The notes beneath the pieces were generated by a model. It was not told the origin of the DNA and did not search any database. It worked only from the letters and a program-made list of their open reading frames with translations. Below are positions 36,571-49,324 of a DNA stretch of 64,000 nucleotides, piece by piece. Each line of letters opens with the position of its first letter. The stretch's first letter is position 1. This DNA comes from Felis catus (lineage: Eukaryota): contig NC_058368.1 in assembly GCF_018350175.1 (NCBI RefSeq), positions 70,186,001-70,250,000 of the forward strand. The letters are read 5' to 3'. Made by a program: the position numbers and the translations under genes.

Positions 36571-37512
36571 ACTGCGTCTGCATCCTGCTTGATACTAAAC
36601 ATTTAAGACTACACAAACGTATCTGGCTCTATTTGTCCAGAATTATTTTTACTAATATAGTAGCAAAGGAGGTAAGGCAAGAAGTTACCTTTCCAGAAGG
36701 ATGAGAGATCACACTTTTACGATTTTCAATACATATTTAATTTTTTGAAAATCTCAATGGAAATTAAATACTGTTACTACAATATTGTTATCTTAATTAG
36801 TCTTCACTTTAAAAAGCATAGATTCCTTGTGGGGGTTGGCCATGTTTATCACCTAAAAATCAACTAGAAAAATAGGGTTAAAGACCCATCATTTTTAAAT
36901 GAAAGAGCGCTTCAAGAAACAAAATTAAAATAACCTAATTAGTTCATCTAAAAGCACCTGGAAGAAGAAACAAACACCAATCTAAAAAAAATGCAATCCA
37001 AATGCAATAATTTCTCTTTCCTCTTTAACAGGTAATCAGTATCTGTATGTTCAAATAAGAGTGATAATAATCATATACTGATCAGGAATATTCACGCTCT
37101 GCTCATTATCACCTGGCATCTCATAAAGACTGAATTAGTCTTGAAAATAAGTTATAAGTAGAAACATGTAAATGAATACATAAATGTGTGTACTGAGTCT
37201 CCATTAAAAACAATGTCAACAATAAAACCTCAGCCAAAGATTTCCAGCGAGTTCCTAAGTTACCCGTATTCCATGCCTGTAAGTTCTATAGCATTCATGC
37301 TTTAAACAGGCGTCAGAAATGACCCCTATTAACATTTCTGTCCACATTTCAGACTCTGAAAACCCCATACTGTTCTCCTATTTTCCATTATAAAAATGTA
37401 ATTACCTCTCTGATACTTCCTTGAAAATATCATTGAAATTTACAGAAGGGGGGGTGTAGGCAAAAAGTGACTCTAAGATAACGTGTACATTAACGTAGAA
37501 AAGGCACATTAC

Positions 37513-37602
37513 CTCCGTAACAAATAAGCTCTGTGCTTCCTCTTGCGCATCTGCGGGGACCGTGGAGCACTTGTAGCGACCCTGTCGTCTCAGAGTGGCC
37601 GT
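37513..37602 (-). CDS. DOCK9: DOCK9 exon ~3 (90 nt): TATLRRQGRYKCSTVPADAQEEAQSLFVTE
   Basis: ttcacag|ACG acceptor, GAG|gtaatg donor, phase 0/0. Confidence 0.95.
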
Positions 37603-38009
37603 CTGTGAAGGAAAGCATGGGGACAGGGTTTGGTTACTGGGAGATGGAAAGGCGCCAGCCTCGGGGTGCAGCCGGGCCTCGCATGGAGACAGTCCCTTCT
37701 TCAGTCTCCGCCAGTCCTGCAGAGACAGCTCTTCTCCTTCCTCCTTGGGTCACACACCACGGATCCCTTTTGGTGCCAGAAAGTTCAAAGACGGGCATGG
37801 GGCAATAGCTCCCACTTCTTTCTGAGTCAGAAGCCCAGTGAGCCCTCCAGGGAGTCCTTCCGCTCCCACCAGGCAGGGTAGGCCCCCTTTCAGAAACCCT
37901 AACCCTCGCCAGCCCCAAGTGCTTGAGCTAGTCCCACTACATTGCCTTTTACTTGTCTTAATTGCCTTTTTCTAGTGTAAAATAGACATACCATAAAATT
38001 TACCATTTT

Positions 38010-38341
38010 TTTTCCAGATTTTATTTCATTTTTTTTAAAGTTTATTTCTTTACTTTGAAAGAGAGTGAGAGCAAGAGCTGGGGAGGGGAAGAGAGAGGGG
38101 GAGAGAGAATCCCAAGCAGGCTCCACACTGCCAGTGCAGAGCCCAATGCGGGACTGGAACTCATGAGCTGTGAGCTCAAGACCTACGCCAAAATCTAGAG
38201 CGAACACTTAATGAACTGAACCAACCAGGCGCCCCAATTTTATTTTTTTTTAAGCAAACTCTACACCCAGTATGGGCTCGAACTCATGACCTTGAGATCA
38301 AGAGTCACATGCTCTACCTACTAAGCCAGCCAGGCACCCCC
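38010..38341 (-). mobile_element. Two tandem SINECs (full, ~38015-38235; short old type, ~38236-38341) inside an L1MB-like 3' end
   Basis: Two reversed heads (aggcgcccc, caggcacccc); flanked by ccatttt; L1MB-like sequence on both sides (37980-38420). Confidence 0.85.
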
Positions 38342-38424
38342 ATTTTAACCACTTTCAAAAAGTGTGCATTTCAGTGGCATTAAGTACATTCACATTGCTG
38401 TGCAACCATCATTACGTCCATGTT

Positions 38425-40162
38425 TTCTTTTTTCCAGTTCTATTGAGAAATAATGGTCATACATCACTGTATAAGTTTAAGGCATATACAGCGTGATGGT
38501 TTGATTTAAATCTATTGAGAAATGAGGACCACGATAGGTTCAGCTAATGTCTATTCTCTCACTCAAATACAATAAAAAGAAAGGGAAAAGGGAAAAAAAA
38601 ACCTTTCTCCTTGTGATAGGATTTGCTCGCTTAAGAACCGTCCTAGATACCACACAGCCATGTTCACTGCAGTCTCCAGGACATCCCTAGTCCTTATTTA
38701 TCTTATGACTGGAAGTTGGACCTTTTGATCTCCTGCATCCAATTCTTCCTCCCCATACCCTCCATCTTTGGTAACCACAAGGCTGATCTCTTTTTCTATG
38801 CCTTTTTGTCTTGCTTAAGTTGTTTCCCTGTCTTGGCTACTGTAAACAATGCTGCTATAAACACTGGGGTACAGATATCTTTTCAAGTTAGTATTTTTAT
38901 TTCCTTTGGATACAGTCCCATAAGTGGGATTACTGGATCATACTGTAATTCTACTTTTAATTTTTTTTAAGTATTTTTTTTAAGTTTTTTATTTTGAGAG
39001 AGACAACGTGAGTGGGGGAGGGGCAGAGAGAGAGAGAGAGAGAGAGAGACAGAATTCCAGACTGCCAGCTGCCAGCTGCAGACCCCAATGCTGGGCCAGA
39101 ACCCCCAACCATGATATCATGAACTGAGCCAAAACCAAGAAGTCAGATGCTTAACCAGCTGAGACACCCAGAAGCCCCTCTATTTTTAATCTTTTGAGGG
39201 TCTTCCATACTGTTTTCCACAGTAGCTGCACTAAACCACAATCCTACCAACAGTGCACAGGGTTTCGCTGTCTCCACATCTGTGCCAGCATCTGTTCTCT
39301 CTTTTTGATGACAGCCATTCTAGCAGGCATGAGGTGATATCTCATTGTGATTTTAATTTGCATTTCCCTAACAACTAGTGATGGTGAACATCTTTTCATG
39401 TACTTGTTGGCTTTTTGTATAACTTCTTCAGGAAATTGTCTTTTCAGGTCCTTTGCCATTTTTAATCTGGGTTATTTTTGTTGTTGTTGTTGTTATTATT
39501 GAGTTCTATGAGTTCTTCATATATTTTGGATATTAACCCCTAGATATGTGGTTTGCAAATATTTTTTTCCCATTCCATAGGTTGTTTCTTCACATTATTG
39601 ATGATTTATTTTGCTGTGCAGAAGCTTTTGAGTTTGGTGTGGTCACACTTGTTTTTTTTGTGTTTTTTTTAATTGTGTTTCTTGTGTTTTAGGTATTAAA
39701 GCCCCCCAAAACAATTATCAAGACCCACGTTAAGGAGCTTTATTCCTATGTTCTCTTCTAGGAGTTTCATGATTTCAGGTGTTACATATAAGTCTTTAAT
39801 CCATTTTGAGTTCATTTTCACTAGTAGTGTAAGACGTGGGTCCAGTTTCATTCTTTTACATGGGAATAGCCAATTATCCCAGCAACATTTATTGCCTTTT
39901 CTCCATTTAGTATTATTGGCTCCCTTGTCAAATATTAGTTGACCGTATATGCTTGGGTTTATTTGGGGCTCTGGATTCTGTTCCACTGTTCTACTTGTCT
40001 GTTTTTATGCCTATACCATACTATTTTGATGACTACAGCTTTATAGCAGAGCTTGAAATCAGGATGTGTGATGCTTCCTGCTGTGTTCTTCTTTCTAAAG
40101 ATTTCTTCGGCTCTTTGAGGTCTTTAGTGGTTCCAAATGAGTTTTAGGACTATTTTTTCTAC
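38425..40162 (-). mobile_element. Older L1 (ORF2 3' part and 3' UTR), disrupted, with a SINE inserted at ~38965-39178
   Basis: ORF2p remnants in ORF track: IYGQLIFDKGANNTKW...NSKWIKDL and [27 protein letters not shown]. Confidence 0.9.
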
Positions 40163-41351
40163 TTCACATTCATCTCTTACTTGCCTTTTATGTCCATGCT
40201 TGGTCACTGCCACACCCCCAGTGCCTCACAGCATGGTAACCAGGCAAGTAGAAGGTGCTCAATCACTATTCGTTGAATGGACCTATGAATTGTGAATGCT
40301 ACCTCCCCTCAAGAGGCTCAAATGCTTACTTTAAATAATAAAATGCCTCATGACTTTAGGCAGGAGCAAATCCACTCTAATTAACATCATTTGGAAGGGA
40401 CTATTTTGCCAATATGAGGAAACCGGACCTCAGGCTTCAGAAAGAAATGTTCTAGATGTTTTCTCCCATGGACTGTAATCCTTGGATACTATTAACAGAT
40501 CATAGTTACAAAAACAGCATACATGGAAAATATTTTGCAAAGAGAGTCTACCCTGTGGTAGCTCTTCATGGCTACTTACTAAACTGGGATCCCCTAGCAT
40601 CTGTCCCAGATGTTTTTCTTTCTTTGGCTGGAGGAAACTTGGATCAAATGTGTGATCTCCCTCCCCTCCGGCACAGGTTGAAAACTTCAGTGCATATATT
40701 TTGTATGTAATTTAATTTTATTTCCTGCCCCTGTTTTCTCAATGTTGTGTCTCCTTCATCTATTTAACTCTTTTTTGGATGGTGTCAATCTTTGAAAGTA
40801 ATCTCAAACCCTGTTTTTAGAATAAGCCTCCTTATTCTAAAGGAAAGGAAAGAAGGAACTCCATTCTCCACTGAAGTCCTTCACGGGTGAATTCTTAATT
40901 CATTCAGTCTCCAAAAGGGCTCTGAAGGCCCTTGGTCTTGTTTTTTTTGCAACTATCACAAATGGTGAATCTTATTACTCTCACCTGTTCCCAAGAAATG
41001 CCATAGAGACATGTGATGATAAGCACCGAAGAGGCATAATCTATTCAAAACGTTTCCAAGTAACACAGTGATTATTAAGAGATTGTCAGAACTGTTAAAA
41101 ATCAGGAATAAGAAAAGGGAAATTGTTTAAGAAACTGTGTATGCTTCAAAGAAGGATACATTCTATATCCCTACTTGATATATTTTGATCTATCATGATT
41201 TTTGAAACTAATTGTTACACTTTTAAAATGTTCAGGAAATGCTCAGTTCAAGAAAGTCACTTGAGTCACTTCCAGCCCATTTCCCATCACACCACTAGTC
41301 AAAAGACAAAATGTATTATGTTTTTCCAGTGGGATTACCAACTCAAGAAAC

Positions 41352-41463
41352 TTTTTGTTTAAGGTTTTATTTTTAAGTAATCTCCACCCCAAAGTGGGGC
41401 TTGAATTCACAATCCCAAGATCAAGAGTTGCACACTCTAATGAATGAGCCAGTCAGGTGCCCC
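41352..41463 (-). mobile_element. Short old SINEC
   Basis: aagtaatctccacccc...gagccagtcaggtgcccc; flanks ctcaagaaacttt and ctcaaaaacttt. Confidence 0.8.
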
Positions 41464-41914
41464 TCAAAAAACTTTAATTATGTGACACTTTTCCAAATAC
41501 TCCTCTAAGGTGAGAGAAACAGATATGGATCAGAGACAATGCCATTATGTTCTCACTTTAAAAAGAAAGCAACTTTGATCCTTAAAGAGAGACCTGGCCT
41601 TTAGCAGATAAGACAGCACTGGGCATAAATAAACCAATCATCTGTGTACTTACCACCACCCACCAGTACCAGAATGCTAGGTTTGAGTCCATTACTGATC
41701 AAGTCCTAGCTCTGATTTTGACAAAGCTTAGTTTTCCCACAAGAGCCCTTTTTCCTCTGGAGACTTCATCCAAATAAACAGCAAATTTTAAAAAAAAAAA
41801 CCATTCACTTACATGAGACACACTTCTGTAGTACACATCTAGCTTCATGTTATTTTTATGTCTAATTCTTATCGTATACAAAATTGGATGTTTTAGGTAA
41901 CCTCTTTTCTATAT

Positions 41915-42416
41915 AGCTGGCTGCTATCCTTCCCTATATATGACTGCTGTCCCTCACACCAAAAGGTGCAGACAATTTTCCTCTCCTTAAACCCGGGCTG
42001 GCTTTGACCAATCAGATGAGGCAGAAATGGCACTGTGGCAGTTCCAAACTTAGCCTTTAGGAGAACTAGCAGCTCTGTTCCTCCTTCTTAAAAGACGTGG
42101 ACATAGAAAGCCACAAAAAAAGTTCTACTACTTGAGACCACTATGCTATGAGCAAGTCCAAACTAGCTATACGGAGGGACCACATATAGAAAGATGCCCC
42201 ACCAGCCCACAGCTGGTTCCAGCCTTCCTGGTTGAGGTACCACAGTGTAAGTAAGGAAGCCTTCTTGGACATTTCAGGTTCTGCCGACAGCAAGTCAAGC
42301 AGAACTACACCGCTGAGCCTGGATCAGATTTCAGAATCGTGGGAAATGAAAAATTACTGTCCTGAATTAACTAGGCTTTGGAGTGGTTTGTTACTCAGCA
42401 ATAACTAACTGTAACA
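41915..42416 (+). mobile_element. MaLR solo LTR (MLT1G/H-like)
   Basis: gctttgaccaatcagatgaggcagaaatg and terminal ggagtggtttgttactcagcaataactaactgtaaca. Confidence 0.72.
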
Positions 42417-42716
42417 AGATGCTAAGAGATTAGGAACACGTCTTAATTAACGTACTGAAGAATACTGCTCTTTTCATGAAAATGTTTTCAAATACTAATC
42501 ACAATATAGAGGTAGGACAGAAGCACTGAAGGGATACATGAAACCGCAACTTGGTTTCTTCATTTACCTTTCTTGGGACATGTGTCAATGTCCTAAGAGT
42601 AGACAAGCAAAATAGAAAAAAAAAAATGTCTGTTACACTTTGAGAGTAGTTATCAATGGTTTCTCGTCCTCCAAAACATTGTGCTGACCATTTTACAGTT
42701 GAGCATAAATATCACT

Positions 42717-42775
42717 TCATCCATCCATCCATCCATCCATCCATCCATCCATCCATCCATCCACCCACCCACCCA
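42717..42775. repeat. (TCCA)n microsatellite at the tail of an L2-like remnant
   Basis: Seen directly; source of the IHPSIHPS repeat in ORF 42656..43216. Confidence 0.92.
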
Positions 42776-43435
42776 TTCAACCATCTGCTGTGTCACTACT
42801 TTCTACCACCAGACACTGAACTAGCAGTCAAGACACCAACTTTAATGAAATGTAGTTGCTGTTCCTATAAAGCTTACAGTTTGAAGACAGAGGAAGATGA
42901 GGAAATAAATTATCAGAGAGCCACAAGTACTATAGAGGAGTACGAGAGAAAGGGGCACAGAAGCACAGGCTGGCATGAAAGGAAAGAATGGGGGAATCTA
43001 AATCCAACGGGGAGGGGAAAAGAACATCGGGAAGATGTGCACCAAGGCAAAAACACTCAAGCTAAATTGTGCAGGATGAGTACAAGTTGTATTCAGTACA
43101 AAAGGGGGAGAAGCTTGGGAGACAAGCTTACCCTTCTAAAGTTAAAAGAGCAAAATCAAGACATAATAAATGAGATTATCTCTTTGCACCCACAGAAGAG
43201 ACCCGTTAAATCCTAGAACTATAAATATACCTTATCCCAAAGGAAAAACTGCCCAGAACACTAATTAAAGAACACCTAAGAATTAAAAACCCTACCAATC
43301 TATAGCCTAATCAATAGTTTTAACTCATCTGGGGAAAGAATGGGCCAACAGAAAGAACAGGGCTTGTATGACCAGAGCAATTTTGTCAGTGTCTTTATCA
43401 CCATTTAAAAGGAAAGGCTGGAATCCCATCAGGCC

Positions 43436-43462
43436 GGGGGGGGGGGGGGGGGGGGGGGGGGG
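43436..43462 (+). repeat. G27 homopolymer
   Basis: Seen directly. Confidence 0.95.
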
Positions 43463-46400
43463 CTGAGGCACCACTGACTCCTGGACTTGGCACCAATGAG
43501 GAGCCACCACTTGATGTCCTCTGTTCCCAAGGTCTTCCCACTTACTGAATACAGCTTCATGAATCCACTTGTTTATAAAGGGATTCCCATTTAGACTTTC
43601 CTAATTACGGAGAACTGACATGGCCAATGAATGTATTCTAATCTGCTTATTAATTCTAGTTCTCAATGCTCATTATTAAATGCTATTTGGTTTGTCCTCT
43701 TGTGAGGCTGTCTGTTACAAGTCAGTTCTCTGAGCTCATACAACTCTGGTCACATTGACCAAACTCAGTCTCTGGACTTGCAAAGCTAAGAGCTGACCCC
43801 AGACCTTGGTGACTTATCAACCACAGCCCATGAGGCCCTGTCTGGTAGCTCGTCAATCTCTGACTCCATAATCCAAAACTCTCCTGCAGGCACATGTCCT
43901 ACTTCCTCCTATCAGATTGTGGATTCCTCTAAGGGCAGGAACAGATCTTCCTATCTGTATCTCTGGGCTAGGTAATCAATCTTTCAAGAATGAATGAATA
44001 AAATAGTCAATGGAGACAGAAATAGGACTCTACTGAAAATCATCGATTACTTGTATATAACTTTTTTTCTGTTATTACAAAAACTTCTCCAGTCCATTAT
44101 AAAAACTGACAAGGGAAGACTACAGCATAAGTGAATGCTCTAATTTCTCCAAAGACTTTTTTATTAAAAGTCATATTTGGGTAATAGTCTACTGTATGCC
44201 AAATCGATTCACATTAAATTTCTGCAGTTTTATTTATCTGGCTTATAACAGAGTCCCAATCAATACCTGGAGATTTATACTCAGTGAACACTAAAGCCCT
44301 CCTCAAAAGTGGACTTAATTTTCTTTTCCACAGTTGTGGTATTCTTTTCTCCTTTTTTTATCAGTTAAAATCATATTCCTGCTAAAAGATGGGTCTGCAT
44401 CCACTTTATATAAATCAACATCAAGGTGGACATTCAAAGAATATCAGTCCCATTCTTATGTTTGGAAATAAATTATTTCCACACCACTGAGAGAGCTCAG
44501 CAGTAGCTTTCCCCTCAGTAGATCTCTACATTTGCAAGGGGGGAGGGGAGAAGCATTTCACTATGAAGCGTGATAAGATCTGCAAATTAAATCTAAACAC
44601 AGCTAGCATCTCCGGCAACCATTTTGAATAGAAATCTCATGGCACAAAGCACAATTTAAAACAAAAGCCCTCTTCTAGCTACTAAAATAGTCTAAATTAT
44701 TTTCAGTCAGTTACTGTGACTTAGGTTAAATGCTGGTAGTCTTGGACACATGGAGACCCTTTATTACCTTGGCCAAGTAGGGACAGGAGTCTTACGAGGA
44801 ATTCCAAAAAATGTCAGGAGTAACTAAAAAGAACAATTTAGAACTGCTAAAGGAAGAGAAAGTGGTGAAGTCCTCACCCAAAAGGCTTAGAAGGTGGCAC
44901 AAGGACACCTGAGAGCCCAGGTCAGTCTTTAGGGGACTTTTTCCCTTAATGGAATGAGTTGAAGGACTTCAGAGTTGCCCCCAGACCTGAACAGAAACAG
45001 CAGAACTTAGAAGTATCTCTCAGCTTAATTTAATGGAAGGACAAATGTCAAATAGATCCTCTTTTACTTCAAAAACTTTTTTCTCTCTTGGTTGAAATGA
45101 CTCCCTGCAAAGACTGGGGTCACTTCAGCGGCTCTGAGCCATATCTGGATGCGTGGCCCAGGGAGGCAGGGCTGTGCACCACCTAAAGGGACATACGGGC
45201 AAACCATACAGTGGGTCTGCTCATCTGGGCCAGCCCTGGGGCATCCTGGCATTTCCCGACCCTCTTCTTCATCACTCACAGCTGTTCCCTGATGGCCTGC
45301 TGTAACCTTGGTTCTGCATCTTCAACTTGGCAGCTCTCTCTACGAATGGAATTCTTGACCCCAACCTGGCCAGGGTTCTCTCCATCAGGGCCAGCCACCC
45401 CACCACCCCGACCCCACTGAGGCTGGGGCACCGAGAAGCTCTTGTTTCAACCCACAAGAAATGTGAGGTGAATAATGTAATTAAACTTCCTACAGAAGAA
45501 TCTGAGAAGTGATATTGGAAAGGGTTTTGAAGTGAGAGCCAGGAAACCTGAGTGCTCATCTGAGCTCAGCCGCTAATTAGCTGTGTGATCTTGGGGGGAA
45601 AGTTTTAACTTTCCACATCTGTAAAATAGAGAGTTTTCTAAGGATCTCCAGGCTTCCTTTGTAATTTAAAAATCCCACAGTTCTGTGAACATGGAATTCT
45701 AAGTCTATATCTCTCAAATGGCTTATTATCTGTGCTTGGAGAGAAATTAAAAGACATCCAAGAAAATAAGATGAATACTATGTCTGCTTTGATTGATTAC
45801 CCCATTTATTTTTATGAAAGGAATTGCTGGATGAGAAGGAGGGCAGAGTCACTTTGTAGACTTAAATAAATATAGGGTGAGTCTTAACGGAGACATGCTT
45901 TCGTGTCCTTATTTCTTTACTCTTCTGACCCTCCCAACCCATATGGCACGGGACTTTATATTAATCACTTTAGAATGGGCATTAAAACTGTAACAAAACA
46001 ACTCTCTTAATTCCTGGTGGGAAGCAAGCATAGCTGCGGCTGCTCAAAATATCCTATTTTATAAGATTTTAATGAAGAGGCTGAAACAAAAGGCCCACCC
46101 TTCCCCTGGGCCCTGTGAACAATGAGCCGGAGGATAGATCCCAGAGAAGTGGGTGGGCTGCAACCTGAGCTCACTGCGTGTGTCCACCGACACTGTCTCC
46201 CCATCTCTCCTGTTCAAAGGAGCACAGGGCTGGGAGTGTCCTCCCTCGGACAGAAAAAACAAACATCACAGGCAGCCCAGAAGGCAGTGCCGGCCTTCAA
46301 TCAGGAAGAGATGGCTCCTCAAGTGCTCTGAGCAGAACGACTCCGAAGAGTTACAAGAGGTGAAAAAGGTTCTCTTCAAGAGGAAGTAAGGGGTCAGTTA

Positions 46401-47769
46401 GGCACATGGCTGCAGGAAGTTGAGAGTGAGGGAAATTTCCTAGGTGCCTGGGGTCTTACCTCTAAGATGGGCCCTGAGGCCTGCGGACAGCCTGAGTTTA
46501 GAGAGGGGGGCCCAAGATGCACTCCAACAGACATGACCTGCTGGCCACAGAAGCCCACCAGGTCTCAGGGGCTTACACAAAAAGGTGGACTCGCTCTGCT
46601 TAGCAGTTAACCTACCTGGTTTGTAATTCTATGCAAAGCATCCTATGCTTGTATTCATTTTTGTGTTTGTTTTAATTCACCTAGTAGAACTATACCTTGA
46701 AACGTTTGAGGACTTGATGCATTTGCAGAGAAATAGTACTTTGATCTTCCAGGAGAAGGGCGACCTTGGGGTGTGGTGGGAGGCGGCCAGCACTCGGTGA
46801 GGGGAGGGAAGTGGATGCTGCCAGAAATCAAAGCCCAGGCAGCCTAGGGAAGACAGCTCTTCAGGCTGGCGTCCCTCAGCCTGGCCCATCTCCTTTACTA
46901 AACAAGTAAGCCCTGGGTTGAATTTATATTGTGCTCGACTGGGCCAAATGGACAGCATCCACTTCAATGTTCTAAAGTTATCTTGGCTTTTCAACTATTC
47001 CCTGTCAGACAGGCAGCTCTCAACACCTCCTTCCTTTCGTCTCTAGCCCTGAGCCAAACTGCAGGGTACCTCACGCGTCTGTGAAGTTAGGTTCCTTTAT
47101 ATCATATGCTGGAAACCGGCCTTGGTTGCATCTGTCTGTGCATGAAACATCACTACTAGACAACTCTGGGGACGTTTCGGTGACTTATCGAGCACAGCGT
47201 AATGGCACCTTTCCACATGTCTGGCAGACACATTTGTTTCAGAGCAGATGACTTACTTTGAGAGGACTCAGTCCCAAGCCAGGCTGGAAACTAGAACTCA
47301 CGCAGGGCGTTCCCCACATCTCACTGCAGAGATCACGTCTTGGCGGCTGACCCACAGTGTTCTAGTAACATCAGACAATCCCGTTTTCAGTTTCCTGAGA
47401 ACTCTCAATGCCTAACTCACTAATAATTAAGAAAATGGACAAAGCACGGGACAGGACAAGGGTCTGGAGAAGGAACCCCATTTAGGTTTCTGGAGGGATT
47501 TAACAAAAGACCACTCCATAGGAACCCATTAAAACCCTATGAGGGCTGAGACACGCTGAGGGACGCCTCTCCCTCTCAGCTCCTCTTCGCTGCCCCTGCA
47601 AGCTCCCCGGGCTCCCACCCTGCACTGCCTGTCTCCGCTCACTCAACAGTACCACCCCCATGTGCTGTCAGTGACTTTCCTTGCTGGACACCCCCAAACA
47701 GTGCACTGATCTGGGGTGCTCTCGCGTGCGCCTCAGTCTAGCACCCATACCACTATGCCCAGCTCCCCT

Positions 47770-48137
47770 CCGTAGTCCCTCGTACCACCTGCCAGTCGTC
47801 TCTCCAAAACTCTCATCTGATAGCACCAGGCCTCCACTTAAAACCTTTCCATGACTCCTCACTGCCACCAGAATCGAGTCCAAGCTCCTCAGCAGAACCT
47901 AAGACCACGGCCAAGCCGCTGTGATGTCTTTTCTGGGCTCACCTGCCCTTCTTCAGCCCTGTAGCACATGGGGACTTCTGACTCCCTCAGGCACCAGACC
48001 ATCCGCCTGGCTGTGGAGCTGTTCCCACCACCCACATCTCCCTCCAGGCTGGAGATGCCCAGACTAAGCTACTCATCTTTGCTTCTCCAACACCCAGCAG
48101 AACATCTGGCACATCGTAAATGTTTGCTGAGTGAATG
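47770..48137 (+). mobile_element. L2 fragment
   Basis: ccacttaaaacctttccatgactcc...cccagcagaacatctggcacatcgtaaatgtttgctgagtgaatg. Confidence 0.65.
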
Positions 48138-48197
48138 GGCAGCAGAGATTTTAAAATGGGGATTGTTTTATTCAATTGTAAGATCGCTCAGGGTTCC

Positions 48198-48426
48198 TTT
48201 TTTTTTTAATTTTTTTTTCAACGTTTTTATTTATTTTTGGGGGGACAGAGAGAGACAGAGCATGAACGGGCGAGGGGCAGAGAGAGAGGGAGACACAGAA
48301 TCGGAAACAGGCTCCAGGCTCCGAGCTATCAGCCCAGAGCCTGACGCGGGGCTCGAACTCACGGACCGCGAGATCGTGACCTGGCTGAAATCGGACGCTT
48401 AACCGACTGCACCACCCAGGCACCCC
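48198..48426 (-). mobile_element. Young felid SINE (SINEC_Fc type), near-identical to 1820-2039
   Basis: Perfect 14-bp TSD tcgctcagggttcc at 48184-48197 and 48427-48440; CpGs intact. Confidence 0.95.
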
Positions 48427-49130
48427 TCGCTCAGGGTTCCAAATGAGACAGTGTCTCAGAACTGGTGAGACATCAGGTAGCTTCTGTCACCACATAATGT
48501 CCCGTTCCCTAAAATGTCACATACATTTGTAAGTGTCCGTAGACCTTTGAGAGCCGTAAAAATTTCATTCTGCTACCTTCTCAAACCCCCAAAACTATAC
48601 ATTACATAACTGCCCAGATGCAGTAAACTATAACTAAACAAGTGAAATGTTCATCCTTCATGACCAGACTCATCCATTAAGTTCAGTTTTTAGAGATTTT
48701 GTTTGGCTTATGTTTGGTTTGGTATTTGAAGCTTGTTTTCCATTGCTAGTAAGTACCAACGCATAAGAGAGAATGAAGAAGGGGAGAGGGGTAATCCAGA
48801 AAACAAGGGGGGGGCTTGGGTCATTTGGGTGACACGTGGCAGGTCCAGCTTCACCATGAGTAAGGAGCTCCACCTGCCCCACATCACATGACTTTGAAGA
48901 CATGGCCATCCTCAAAACTGAACGATGTTACATAAACAGGAAGGAGGCTGCTTCCTACGCCCTCACCTCCCTCCCTGCCAACTGAGGGACGTCAGCCAGG
49001 GGTACAAAGAGCTTTTCCGAATGGTGGTGTCTCTTTGGATTCTTGTATATCTATGAGAACCCAAATTCTGGGGCAAATGTTATCCCTGAACAACAGATTA
49101 AGAAAAGTGAGTATTAAGAAGGCTTATCAC

Positions 49131-49324
49131 GGGGGCACCTGGGTGGCTCAGTCAGCTGAGTGCCCGACTCTTGGTTTTGGCTAAGGTCATGATCTCATGG
49201 CTTGTGGGTTCAAGCCCCATGTCGAGTTCTGCGCTGACATCACAGAGCCTGCTCATAATTCTCTCTCTCCCTCCCCACATGCTCTCTGTCAAAATAAATA
49301 AACTAAAAAAATTTTTAAAGAAAA
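49131..49324 (+). mobile_element. Carnivore SINE (SINEC)
   Basis: TSD aagaaggcttatc(a/c)c at 49116-49130 and 49325-49339. Confidence 0.9.

Noticed and set aside
42656..43216. 186-aa plus-strand ORF, the longest non-L1 ORF in the track
   Set aside because: Runs through a (TCCA)n microsatellite and an L2-like remnant; no recognisable domain or splice context
47968..48423. ORFs sharing the peptide ...AVREFEPRVRLWADSSEPGACFRF... with ORF 1808..2023, suggesting a small gene family
   Set aside because: They are translations of near-identical SINEC_Fc copies
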